DNA from: Elusimicrobia bacterium CG1_02_37_114
Lineage (GTDB): Bacteria > Elusimicrobiota > Endomicrobiia > CG1-02-37-114
Assembly (NCBI GenBank): GCA_001871125.1
Contig: MNXB01000005.1
Coordinates: 1-61,766, forward strand
Direction: 5' to 3'
Length of the DNA: 61,766 bases
This document shows positions 1 to 9,037 of this stretch, piece after piece. Below the pieces are notes generated by a model, which searched no databases, was not told the origin of the DNA, and saw nothing but the letters and a program-made list of their open reading frames with translations. Made by a program: the position numbers and the translations under genes. Each line of letters begins with the position of its first letter. Position 1 is the first letter of the stretch.

Positions 1-272
1 AACAGGTTTTTCGGGAACCACAGTTTGGACATTTTGGCTTTTTTTTTGATACTTCCGCTTGAGTGTGATCACTACCGAAGCACGGTTCTCTGGTAACTCT
101 TGAATACGAGTCAAAGCTTTGAATCCTGGAAAATCATATGCTTGAGAAAGTCGTGTTATGTTCATACGTTTTTATACAATATTTCAAAGAGCATTTCAAG
201 ACTGAGTTTTTGAGAGGCTGTTTTCCGTCTACATACTATACTGATTCTATCCACTCAAAAAGGAGAAGAGCC
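1..272 (-). mobile_element. ISL3-family insertion sequence, left end and 5' part of transposase (runs off the window)
   Basis: On the minus strand the element starts GGCTCTTCTCC at 272, a typical ISL3 end, next to an AT-rich 8-mer (273-280, possible TSD). ATG at 165 gives MNITRLSQAYDFPGFK; a CPNCG zinc-finger motif follows in the -1 frame after an A9 run. Confidence 0.75.
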
Positions 273-1057
273 TTATTTATGTTTTGTTTCTTGATAAGTT
301 CATAAATCTTTTCCACTCTCTTTATATCGTGTAAAAAGTTATCTTCCGCTAAGTCAATGTATTTTTCTTCTATTTTTGACAGTTCCTCTACTACAGATTC
401 CGGACTTCGCGACAGATATTTTCCCTTCATAACTTTCCACAATGCACAGAAATTACATCTGAAAGGGCATCCTTTTGAAGTCATCATTGAAGCAACTGGA
501 CGCCAGGCACCTCTAAAATATTTATCCCTGTATTTTTTTGTCAACCCTCTATTTGGATAAGGCATTTTATCTAAATCTATATTTATATCCCTCGGTTTAG
601 TAAATACCGGATTTCCATTGTTGCGGATTGCCAACCCGGATATATATGAAAACCCCTGTTTTTTCGCATAAGCATTTACTAATTCTCTAAAAGTAATTTC
701 GCCTTCACCAATAACTATAATATCAATTGATTCTTTATTGAAATCATTTGGTAACATTGTAGCATGGTGTCCGCCGACAACTGTTAGAATTTTTTTATCG
801 TATGATTTAACCTTTTTTGAAATATCAATAATTTTATAGACATCTGTGGTATAACCGGTAATACCGACAATATCAGGTTTAAAATCAGCCAATTCTTTTT
901 CAAATACTGATTCCTCTATTCTCATATCAAGAATCTTCACATCATGTTCAGGTATTGATGCGGCAATTATCTCAAGGGCAAGAGGCTCTGTAAGATACGC
1001 TGTCCCCACACCTATTATATTTGGATTAATTGGTGGCTGAATTAGTAATATTTTCAT
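236..1057 (-). pseudogene. B12-binding radical SAM protein truncated by ISL3 insertion
   Basis: B12 domain (VVGGHHAT, GEGE) and CPFRCNFC motif. The SAM barrel breaks off after KKQNINK and the last 11 aa are read from the IS end. Confidence 0.85.
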
Positions 1058-2693
1058 TGATTCTGGTTATTATTTTTTTTATTTCCCTATGATTACCTGT
1101 TGAAAAATATTTTCTGCTCTTATCTCTGAATTCCATAGGTTGCATTCCTGCATATTTTGCTATCAATGCGGTATCACTTGTTACCTGTGTTAATATTCCA
1201 TTCTTTTCTAAAGTCTGGGCAAACAAACCTGTTTCCCGGACTAATTCTTTGTCTGTTTTATTGTTAATCTTAAAATAAGGCAGTGCCTTCCAAAGAATGG
1301 GGGGATAAATTATTTTCATTTTATACAACATCATCTGATTTAAAAATTCTTTCTCGTCAAGGATTTCAATGCCATATTTTTCACAATTTATAGTCCACTT
1401 TGTCCCGGGTATAAGAACAGGCGGGTCAACAATGACTGAATCAGGCCTTGTCTCTAATAAAAAATTCAATGTGTCCTGTTTTGTCTGTTCTGTTTCATTC
1501 GGTGCGGGGATTATTATACTTCCTGTTACATATATGCCTGTTTTTTTACAGGCATTTATTTTATTCTTCAGTTGTTCCACTTTCATTTTTTTGTTCATCA
1601 CTTCGTCCAGGAGTTTCTGGTTACCCGACTCAATACCAAACCAGAGAGAAAAACACCCAGAGTCTTTCATTAATTGAAAATCTTCAACAGATACTCCATT
1701 TCCTGAATTGGCAAAGGCGGTATATTCTACTTTCAGTTTTCTTTTCAGTATTTCTTCCGCTATTCCCTTAGCAAGGAGTTTAGGAGTATTAGACCCCGCA
1801 AACCTGAATACATTGATTCCATATTTATTTATAAGTCTTTCCATTTCATTTACTGCAGATTCAGGTGATTTTGTTTTCCATTTATTCCCGCTTTTTACCG
1901 GGTGCAGGCAGAAACTACAGTTATTCGGACAGCCCCTGCTTTCATCGGTAAATATAATTTTCAATTTTTGAGTGTCTCCCATAGAAAGATAGACTTCTTT
2001 ATCATATACCGGCAGAGGTAATTTATTTAAGTCGTCTATTATTTTTCTCGGAGTTGTTATAACTTTCCCATTTTCTTTGTAGATTAAATTAGGTATGTTT
2101 TCCAGATTCGTTTTACCCAGGACATAATCTGCGAGCATATTAATAACTTCTTCACCTTCGCCATATACAAGGACATCAAAAAGATTACACACATCAAGTA
2201 TCTTTTCCCTGAACCAGTCAACATGAGGTCCGCCTGCAAATATCGGCAGGGTGGGGAAATCTTTTTTTAATTGTTTTGCAATTGTTATGGAACCTTCAAA
2301 ACCATCACCCATCCAGAGTTTCATACCGACAAAATCAATGTTATGTTTTTTTACAATACTGCTAATTTCTATAGCAATTTCTTTTACTTTTTTCCTCTGT
2401 AACTGGTCTATTTCATTGTCTAATTTATGAAATATATCCAAATCTTTTTGCTTGGGTGACAGTTTTTGTTTCAAATTAACCAATATTCGTTTTATAACAT
2501 TCTCAATCCGGTCTTTGTATTCATACGGAAAAAGTTTTTCCACTATATCCACTGTAGCATAGTCCAGTATTATGGTCTTGTGACCTTTTGATATCAAAAC
2601 ACCTGCAAGATTTGCCAGTCCATTGTCAGGGACCAACATTCTCGGAGATTCAGGATAACCCGCATAATTTATCAATAGACTTTTAGTAAACAT
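1026..2693 (-). CDS. B12-binding radical SAM protein
   Basis: GGPH, GEGE, SRGCPNNCSFC and GIESG motifs. Confidence 0.9.
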   Translation of the reverse strand: MFTKSLLINYAGYPESPRMLVPDNGLANLAGVLISKGHKTIILDYATVDIVEKLFPYEYKDRIENVIKRILVNLKQKLSPKQKDLDIFHKLDNEIDQLQRKKVKEIAIEISSIVKKHNIDFVGMKLWMGDGFEGSITIAKQLKKDFPTLPIFAGGPHVDWFREKILDVCNLFDVLVYGEGEEVINMLADYVLGKTNLENIPNLIYKENGKVITTPRKIIDDLNKLPLPVYDKEVYLSMGDTQKLKIIFTDESRGCPNNCSFCLHPVKSGNKWKTKSPESAVNEMERLINKYGINVFRFAGSNTPKLLAKGIAEEILKRKLKVEYTAFANSGNGVSVEDFQLMKDSGCFSLWFGIESGNQKLLDEVMNKKMKVEQLKNKINACKKTGIYVTGSIIIPAPNETEQTKQDTLNFLLETRPDSVIVDPPVLIPGTKWTINCEKYGIEILDEKEFLNQMMLYKMKIIYPPILWKALPYFKINNKTDKELVRETGLFAQTLEKNGILTQVTSDTALIAKYAGMQPMEFRDKSRKYFSTGNHREIKKIITRINENITNSATN

Positions 2694-2702
2694 AGACTAC
2701 TT

Positions 2703-2731
2703 TTGACTTTATCCTTAAATTGATGTATAAT
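2703..2731 (+). promoter_or_regulatory. sigma-70 promoter of TA cassette 1
   Basis: TTGACT-17 nt-TATAAT, followed by SD GAGGTG. Confidence 0.75.
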
Positions 2732-2750
2732 AATTACAGAGGTGATAATT

Positions 2751-2930
2751 ATGACAACTATTCAAGAAGCAATTAAAGTAATTCGTGTAAATAAAATATC
2801 TATCCCTGAAAAGAAAAAAGGATTGGCTCGTCAATTGCTTGGGAAATTTAAAGGTATAATTCCCGAAAGTAAAACTGGTTGTGAGTTTATTCGAGAGATA
2901 AGGAATTCGCTCCATGGAAAAGTCAAATAA
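2751..2930 (+). CDS. putative antitoxin (VapB-like)
   Basis: Small ORF with SD; overlaps the downstream PIN-type gene. Confidence 0.6.
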   Translation: MTTIQEAIKVIRVNKISIPEKKKGLARQLLGKFKGIIPESKTGCEFIREIRNSLHGKVK

Positions 2931-3099
2931 AATTTTAATTTTTGATACAGAATTACTTGACCCTTTTGATGCTATACTATTGGCTATTGCCATTTCTTCT
3001 AAACCTCATCTGTTAATCTCTCGTGATAAATCATTTCTTAAAATAGCTTCAAACTACATTCCATCTTCTATTCCTGAAGATTTTACTTCTACTTCATAA
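2914..3099 (+). pseudogene. PIN/VapC toxin with internal deletion
   Basis: N-terminal ILIFDT motif joined directly to C-terminal DPFDAILLA...ISRDKSF motifs; only 61 aa. Confidence 0.65.
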
Positions 3100-4508
3100 A
3101 CAGTTTCATATTGTTTAGTGTTTTTTGTAACTTCTTCATTTATTCTAATATTATTGATTATAAGATGGCTATAGGCAATATTATTTGCATTTAGATTTAT
3201 CATTATAGGGGATATTCTATCATATTGTCTGACATTTGTTTTGTTCCACAAATTCCATAGATTCCTGAGCCTTTTAAAAATTGATTCATAACTAAATACC
3301 TGCCGTTGAACCCACCAAAACCCTTTTTCTAAAGTTTCCGGGCTAATTAGTTTAGGTTTAAAACAGGCATGCATACTGTCATATAATTCCCAATTCTGAT
3401 GTAATATTCTGTTTTCATTTTTTAATCTTTCAAATAATCTGGTCCCCGGATAAGGTGTTAATATATGAAAAGCTCCAGCAGAAATATTGGATTCATCAAA
3501 AAACCTTACCATATCTTCAAATACATATTCATCATCACAGTCATATCCAAAAATAAATGAACCATACATTTCAATGCCATAGGACTGTATTTTATTGATA
3601 TATTCAATATATTTCTCAGGGCCATAGGATTTATCTTTGTTCATTTGTTTTAAATTTTCTTCAGATAATGATTCCAGTCCAATAACGATTCTTTTGCAAC
3701 CGCTTTCGGCTAATAATTTCATCAATCCTTCTTCTTTAGCCAGACTGATAGGTAATGAAGCTTGGAATGTTGTCTTTAGGGGTATAAGTCTGATTAACAG
3801 TTCTTTAAGGTATCTTTTATTCGCCATCAGGTTATCGTCTCCAAAAAACAATAGATTTCTTCCCATACTTTTTAGCATTTCAACTTCCCTGATTACTGAT
3901 TCTATGGGTTTTGACCTGATTTTATTTCCTAAAAATATTTTAATTGAACAAAATTCACAGTCATAAGGACATCCCCGCGTGGTTTCAATAGTTGGTGTTG
4001 AATAATATTCGTTTCTTAATAAATCCCAGCGGGGGATTGGCTGATTTTTTAAATCAGGTTTTTGTTCAGAATGGTAGAATTTTTTAAGATTACCTTCCTT
4101 AAAATCATTGATTAAACCTCCCCAGACATTTTCCGCCTCTCCTATAACAACGCAGTCAGAATGTTGTATTGCCTCTTCAGGTAGGACAGACGGATGAATG
4201 CCACCCAGTACCACTTTTACTCCTCTCCTGCGAAATTCATCTGCAATTTGGTATGCTCTGACTGCCAGAGCAGTATATGCACTAATACCCACCATGTCAA
4301 CTTTCTCATCAAAATTTATTTCTTCAATATTTTCATCAATAATTGTTATCTCTGCAATAGGAGGAGTTAAACCTGCTATTAATGGTAAATTTAGTCTTGC
4401 AATGCCATACATTTTCCTGCCTGTGACCAGTGACCAAAAATCCTGATTCCACCAGCCCAATCCATCTTTGTTAACAGTGTCTTTAGGTGCTATTAGTTTT
4501 AGTTTCAT
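3054..4508 (-). CDS. B12-binding radical SAM protein
   Basis: GGIHPS, GEAE, TRGCPYDCEFC, GLES and TPYPGT motifs; SD GAGGAG. Confidence 0.92.
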   Translation of the reverse strand: MKLKLIAPKDTVNKDGLGWWNQDFWSLVTGRKMYGIARLNLPLIAGLTPPIAEITIIDENIEEINFDEKVDMVGISAYTALAVRAYQIADEFRRRGVKVVLGGIHPSVLPEEAIQHSDCVVIGEAENVWGGLINDFKEGNLKKFYHSEQKPDLKNQPIPRWDLLRNEYYSTPTIETTRGCPYDCEFCSIKIFLGNKIRSKPIESVIREVEMLKSMGRNLLFFGDDNLMANKRYLKELLIRLIPLKTTFQASLPISLAKEEGLMKLLAESGCKRIVIGLESLSEENLKQMNKDKSYGPEKYIEYINKIQSYGIEMYGSFIFGYDCDDEYVFEDMVRFFDESNISAGAFHILTPYPGTRLFERLKNENRILHQNWELYDSMHACFKPKLISPETLEKGFWWVQRQVFSYESIFKRLRNLWNLWNKTNVRQYDRISPIMINLNANNIAYSHLIINNIRINEEVTKNTKQYETVYEVEVKSSGIEDGM

Positions 4509-4534
4509 AATATTTCGCTCCTCTTGACTATTCC

Positions 4535-4563
4535 TTGACAGAATTTTTCCTTTATGTTATAAT
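4535..4563 (+). promoter_or_regulatory. consensus sigma-70 promoter of TA cassette 2
   Basis: TTGACA-17 nt-TATAAT with extended -10 TG. Confidence 0.85.
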
Positions 4564-4583
4564 TATTGTTAGAGGTGACTAAA

Positions 4584-4799
4584 ATGCAACAAACCATTGA
4601 TATACCAAAAGTTGAATTCATTACAACTCCAAAAGGAACACCTAAGTCGGTAGTTCTGGATATCAAAGATTGGAAAAGAATTGTTGAAACATTAAAGATT
4701 ATATCCAGTAAAGAATTAATGCTTTCTCTAACTCGTGCAAAAAACCAACTGCGAGATGGTATAAAACCATTAAGTTTGAAGGAGACCTTCAATTTATAG
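4584..4799 (+). CDS. antitoxin (Phd/YefM-like)
   Basis: FITTPKGTPKSVVLDIKDW pattern; SD GAGGTG; upstream of a RelE-like gene. Confidence 0.7.
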   Translation: MQQTIDIPKVEFITTPKGTPKSVVLDIKDWKRIVETLKIISSKELMLSLTRAKNQLRDGIKPLSLKETFNL

Positions 4800-5112
4800 A
4801 ACATTTTTCCTACCTGAATTTCAAAAGCAACTTAAAAGGTATTCCTCGCTAAAAAAGATTTTGCTCAAAAAAATCAATCTTCTGTCACAGAATCCATATA
4901 AGAATTGCAAAAGTGAATTTCTTGTTGGTGAACTTAAGGGACTGCGTTCTGCACGAATTACAAAATCATTTAGGGTTATTTTTTCTGTTTGTGAAGAATG
5001 TAGAACAAAGAAATTCCAGCAATTTATTGGTTGCTCTATGTCTCTATGTAATAGCATGGATTCAAAGACAATCATTTTTCTTACTTTCGGCCCCCATGAA
5101 AAAGTTTATTAG
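4792..5112 (+). CDS. RelE/StbE-family toxin with Cys-rich insert; probable ATT start
   Basis: LVGELKGLRSARITKSFRVIF and FGPHEKVY motifs. The frame is open upstream to ATT 4792, 7 nt after SD AGGAG. Confidence 0.75.
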   Translation: MYRTFFLPEFQKQLKRYSSLKKILLKKINLLSQNPYKNCKSEFLVGELKGLRSARITKSFRVIFSVCEECRTKKFQQFIGCSMSLCNSMDSKTIIFLTFGPHEKVY

Positions 5113-5707
5113 AGTTTATTTGGAATAAACTCCATTTTATTAATAAAAATTTTGGGAGAGGCAATATTGCCGATGTTTCTTTCTGGTATTCAATATATTC
5201 TTCACCGAATTTTTCAATAAGTGCTTTTTCTTCAAGGTGAATTCTTATTAAAGTTAATGTTAAGTATCCAATAAATGTCCACACAAATGTAAAATAAGCA
5301 TTGGCAATAATAGGAGCGATTAATATATCAAGTATACTAGTTAAATATGCAGGATGTCTTAAATATTTATAAGGCCCTGCCTTTATAAGTTCGTGTTTCT
5401 CTCTTATTTCAATATTCGGACTCCAAAATTTACCCAAATTTTTTACCGACCAGTATTTAAGTAGAAATCTAATTATAATGAGAAATAGTCCTAAACTAAC
5501 AACAAAAATATTTATTTTTCGTTGAATAACAAAGTATTCTACAAATGTACTGGTGAGCATCAATATATAAAATATTAATACAACGGGGAAAATCCATTTG
5601 TATTTAATCTGTCCTGTTTCTTTCCTCTTGTTGTTAAGGAATACTTCAGTAAATCCTATAGCAGTTCCAATAGTAAACAGTAAGATTAGAAAAACAGTAA
5701 AATTCAT
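5081..5707 (-). CDS. isoprenylcysteine carboxylmethyltransferase (ICMT/Ste14)-family membrane protein
   Basis: GPYKYLRHPAY and EEKALIEKFGEEY motifs; ATGA overlap with the ketosynthase stop. Confidence 0.9.
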   Translation of the reverse strand: MNFTVFLILLFTIGTAIGFTEVFLNNKRKETGQIKYKWIFPVVLIFYILMLTSTFVEYFVIQRKINIFVVSLGLFLIIIRFLLKYWSVKNLGKFWSPNIEIREKHELIKAGPYKYLRHPAYLTSILDILIAPIIANAYFTFVWTFIGYLTLTLIRIHLEEKALIEKFGEEYIEYQKETSAILPLPKFLLIKWSLFQINSNKLFHGGRK

Positions 5708-7005
5708 ATTGCACATTGGGTATATTCGTAAGGTAAATAGTTTCTCACTTGTCCGTTGTAATATTTTTCATCTTTATATTTTCTTATTGCCATTGAGATA
5801 TTGTTCCCGCCGGCTCCGAATGAATTAATTAATGCTGTGTTTATTTCTCTGCTGTTACGTGCTTTATTGGGGATATAATCAAGGTCGCATTCAGGGTCCT
5901 GCTCTTCATAGTTTATAGTCGGCGGAAGCCAGTTTGTATCAACTGCCAAAACTGAAGTTATAAATTGCAAACTTGCACTTGCAGACAATGACTGTCCTAT
6001 CATTGATTTAATGGAACTTATAGGTATTCTGTAAGCACACTCTCCCAGTGTAGATTTTATAGCATTTGTCTCTCTTTTATCAGCGACAACGGAAGAACTT
6101 CCGTGAGCATTGATGTAGTCTATTTCTTCAGGGGACACCTTTGCATCTTCCATGCATAATTTTATTGTTCTGGAGACATTCTTGCCCGTGGGTTCCATTT
6201 TGAAAATACTGTATGAATCATTTGTTACACCGTATCCGGCAATTTCAACGTATATCTTTGCCTTTCTTTCTAATGCATGGTCCAGTTTTTCTAATATTAC
6301 TATTCCCGCCCCTTCTCCCAGGATATATCCGTCCCTGTTTTTTTCAAATGGCCTGCTCGCTTTTGTCGGGTCGCCATTCCTTTTGCTAAGGACCTGTGAA
6401 GCACAGAAAGATTCAAAAGTTACAGGGAACAGAGGAGCCTCAGCCCCGCCGGCTATCATTATGTCTGCCCTGCCATTTGATATAATGTCATAAGCATGAG
6501 CAATCGCACTCAGTCCTGCGGAACAGCCCGTGGATATTGTTGTGTTGATTCCATTTATATTGAATTCAATTGCAATAATACCTACCGCAGAATTGGAATT
6601 CATTGACATAACAGAGAACGGACTAATTTTATCCATACCCTTGGTATAAAATACACAGCATTCCTTTTCTGCTATTTCAAGTCCTCCGATTGCGGTACCC
6701 AAAGAAATCCCTGCCCTATAACTGTCATTTATTTTCAGAGCAGAATCTTCTACAGCCATACGCGTAGAGGCTAAAGCAAATTGAGTAAACCTGCTCAGGC
6801 GGTTCGCCATTTTTCTGTCCATATAGTTTGCCGGGTTAAAATCAGAAATTTCACCCGCTACTTTAGAAGGATATTGAGAGATGTCAAAAGTGCTGATTTT
6901 TTTTATGCCTGATATACCACTTGTAAGTGCATGCCAGTAAGCATCTTTGCCGATGCCATTGGGAGATATTGCTCCTATTCCTGTGACTACTACTCTGGGT
7001 TTCAT
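5704..7005 (-). CDS. beta-ketoacyl-ACP synthase II (FabF)-like ketosynthase with atypical active site
   Basis: RVVVTGIG, TGCSAG, ASRPF, GEGAG and YINAHG motifs; KSMIGQ replaces KSMxGH. Confidence 0.9.
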   Translation of the reverse strand: MKPRVVVTGIGAISPNGIGKDAYWHALTSGISGIKKISTFDISQYPSKVAGEISDFNPANYMDRKMANRLSRFTQFALASTRMAVEDSALKINDSYRAGISLGTAIGGLEIAEKECCVFYTKGMDKISPFSVMSMNSNSAVGIIAIEFNINGINTTISTGCSAGLSAIAHAYDIISNGRADIMIAGGAEAPLFPVTFESFCASQVLSKRNGDPTKASRPFEKNRDGYILGEGAGIVILEKLDHALERKAKIYVEIAGYGVTNDSYSIFKMEPTGKNVSRTIKLCMEDAKVSPEEIDYINAHGSSSVVADKRETNAIKSTLGECAYRIPISSIKSMIGQSLSASASLQFITSVLAVDTNWLPPTINYEEQDPECDLDYIPNKARNSREINTALINSFGAGGNNISMAIRKYKDEKYYNGQVRNYLPYEYTQCAI

Positions 7006-7023
7006 TGGGTAACCTCAATATAG

Positions 7024-7040
7024 AGCAAATTTTCTGCCAG
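7024..7040 (-). promoter_or_regulatory. candidate sigma-54 (-24/-12) promoter
   Basis: CTGGCAGAAAATTTGCT fits GG-N10-GC; lies between a sigma-54 activator gene and the ketosynthase. Confidence 0.6.
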
Positions 7041-7140
7041 GTCAATAAGAAAAAGATAAAATTGGCATTAGATGAAACAACCTTGAGTAATCAGTTGTTT
7101 TTTCATTGACGGTTATTTTATAGTAAATTGGTGAGGTCGT

Positions 7141-7172
7141 ATAGTTTTTGTGCAGTCTGCACATAAAACTAT
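7141..7172. promoter_or_regulatory. palindrome; candidate enhancer (UAS) or terminator
   Basis: ATAGTTTT-TGTGCAG-T-CTGCACA-T-AAAACTAT, about 100-130 bp upstream of the -24 box. Confidence 0.45.
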
Positions 7173-8560
7173 GTCTTGTTTTGATGTTTAGGTTGGAACT
7201 TCCTTAATCCCAATAAATTTATTTTCCAAATCAGCGTATTGCGATGGATGTTCAGTAACTTGGCGGCATTAGTCTGGTTCCAGTTAGTCTTTTCCAGTAC
7301 GCCAAGTATATATTGTGTTTCAAATTGGTGGACTGCACCTTTGAATAATTTCTTTGGTTTTATACCCTTTTCTTCGCTGATTAGAATATCCAGGGGCAGT
7401 CTTTTGTGAGAGATGATTTTTTCTTTTCCTAAAGTTACAAGCCTTTCAGTGATATTCTGTAATTCCCGGACATTGCCAGGCCAGTTGTAATCTATTAAAT
7501 AGTTCATTGCTTGTTTTGAAATGTCCTGTATGTCCTTATTAAACATTTTACTATACATTTGAAGGAAATAATTCGCCAACATTGGAATATCTGATTTTCG
7601 TTCTCTTAACGGAGGCAGGGAAAGGGGGATAACATTCAATCTGTAATACAGGTCTTCCCTGAATGCGTTCTCTTTAACTGCTTTCTTAAGGTCAATATTT
7701 GTTGCCGAAATTATTCTTATGTCAATCTTAATCGTTTTCTGACTGCCCAATCTCTGGATTTCTCTTTCCTGGATTGCTCTTAGAATTTTTCCCTGCATAG
7801 CCATATCCATATTGCTGATTTCATCCAGGAACAAAGTCCCTGTATTTGCCAGTTCAAATCTGCCTAATTTTTGTGTCGTAGCGTCGGTAAAAGCACCCCT
7901 CTCATGTCCGAACAATTCGCTCTCTAATAAATTCTCCGGGATGGATGCACAGTCAACCGTAACAAAAGGTCTGTCTTTCCTCGGACTGTGGAAATGGATA
8001 GAGCGGGCAACCAGTTCTTTTCCTGTTCCGCTTTCCCCGTTTATCAGGACAGTCGTATCACCCTTGGCTACATCTGTAATCATATCATATACTTTCTTCA
8101 TATTTTCATCACTGCCGACAATATCGTCAAACATAAACGGTGGACTTAACTCGGACTTGAGATATTCAACTTCTCTGAGAAGCCCCTGCCTTTCTATTGC
8201 TTTCCTGATGGATTCCAGTAGTTCATCCACATCAAATGGTTTGGTTATGTAATCATAGGCGCCTAATTTCATTGCTTCAATTGCAGTTTTAACAGTCTTT
8301 ATGGCAGTGACCATAATAATATCTATGTTTTTACCCAACTCCTTTATTTTACGCAGGACATCCATACCGTCCATCTCCGGCATAAGTATATCCAGGAGTA
8401 CTACGTTTATATCCTCTTTCTTTATTTTATCCAGTGCGATTTCACCGCTGTTTGTTGCAAGAACATTATAATTATCTTCAAGTGCAACCTTAAAGGACTC
8501 TATTACACTCTGGTTATCATCAATAACTAAAACTGTAGGTAAAAATTTTTCTTCAGTCAT
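7169..8560 (-). CDS. sigma-54-dependent response regulator (NtrC/AtoC family)
   Basis: Receiver domain, GESGTGKE, ESELFGHERGAFTDA, WPGNVREL and Fis-type HTH. Confidence 0.95.
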   Translation of the reverse strand: MTEEKFLPTVLVIDDNQSVIESFKVALEDNYNVLATNSGEIALDKIKKEDINVVLLDILMPEMDGMDVLRKIKELGKNIDIIMVTAIKTVKTAIEAMKLGAYDYITKPFDVDELLESIRKAIERQGLLREVEYLKSELSPPFMFDDIVGSDENMKKVYDMITDVAKGDTTVLINGESGTGKELVARSIHFHSPRKDRPFVTVDCASIPENLLESELFGHERGAFTDATTQKLGRFELANTGTLFLDEISNMDMAMQGKILRAIQEREIQRLGSQKTIKIDIRIISATNIDLKKAVKENAFREDLYYRLNVIPLSLPPLRERKSDIPMLANYFLQMYSKMFNKDIQDISKQAMNYLIDYNWPGNVRELQNITERLVTLGKEKIISHKRLPLDILISEEKGIKPKKLFKGAVHQFETQYILGVLEKTNWNQTNAAKLLNIHRNTLIWKINLLGLRKFQPKHQNKT

Positions 8561-8576
8561 ACACAAATCCTTTCAC

Positions 8577-8673
8577 GTAGCTATTCGGTGAACCATGGTA
8601 AAAACTTGGAATAGACCCTTTAGGGTCATTTACGAGGCTAAAGCCTCTATTCCAACATAGTTCAGTGAGTTAT
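8577..8673. mobile_element. MITE copy 1
   Basis: Near-identical to 16813-16934; flanked by the duplication CCTTTCAC (8569-8576 and 8674-8681). Confidence 0.75.
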
Positions 8674-8680
8674 CCTTTCA

Positions 8681-8953
8681 CTATGCACCGTGTTCAAGTA
8701 AATTGAGTATCTCGTCCTTTTTTTCAATTATAATCTTTATATCTTTTGCGGTTAACCCGACAATCTTACTCATTTTCATTTCGCTGTCCCCTTCCCCTTT
8801 CCAGTAGGACCTTTTTTCTAACTTTGGTTTTCTTTTGTTCCAGCTGACAACCCGCAGGATATATACGTCTTTGTCGGTCTCTTCTTTATCCAGCACAAGC
8901 AATATATCTTCTGTCAATTCTCTTATTTTTCTACCTGTTTTTTTCCCCGGCAT
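8681..8953 (-). CDS. PC4/YdbC-like ssDNA-binding small protein
   Basis: LRVVSWNKRKPKLEKRSYW...GLT pattern. Confidence 0.6.
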   Translation of the reverse strand: MPGKKTGRKIRELTEDILLVLDKEETDKDVYILRVVSWNKRKPKLEKRSYWKGEGDSEMKMSKIVGLTAKDIKIIIEKKDEILNLLEHGA

Positions 8954-8970
8954 TTCTAACCCCCTAACTT

Positions 8971-9037
8971 AATCCCTCTTTATCCCCCTTTATTCCTACG
9001 GAACCTACTTCGGTCAAAGGGGGAGTGATGGGGGATT
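8971..9037. repeat. REP-like palindrome carrying a ~20-bp mini-insert
   Basis: TCCCCCTTT...AAAGGGGGA arms enclose TCCTACGGAACCTACTTCGG. Confidence 0.55.

Noticed and set aside
2715-2993. Minus-strand ORFs over the TA cassettes (also 4505-4804 and 4821-5075) as missing ACP or precursor peptides
   Set aside because: No DSL phosphopantetheine motif; the plus-strand frames carry the promoter, SD and family motifs.
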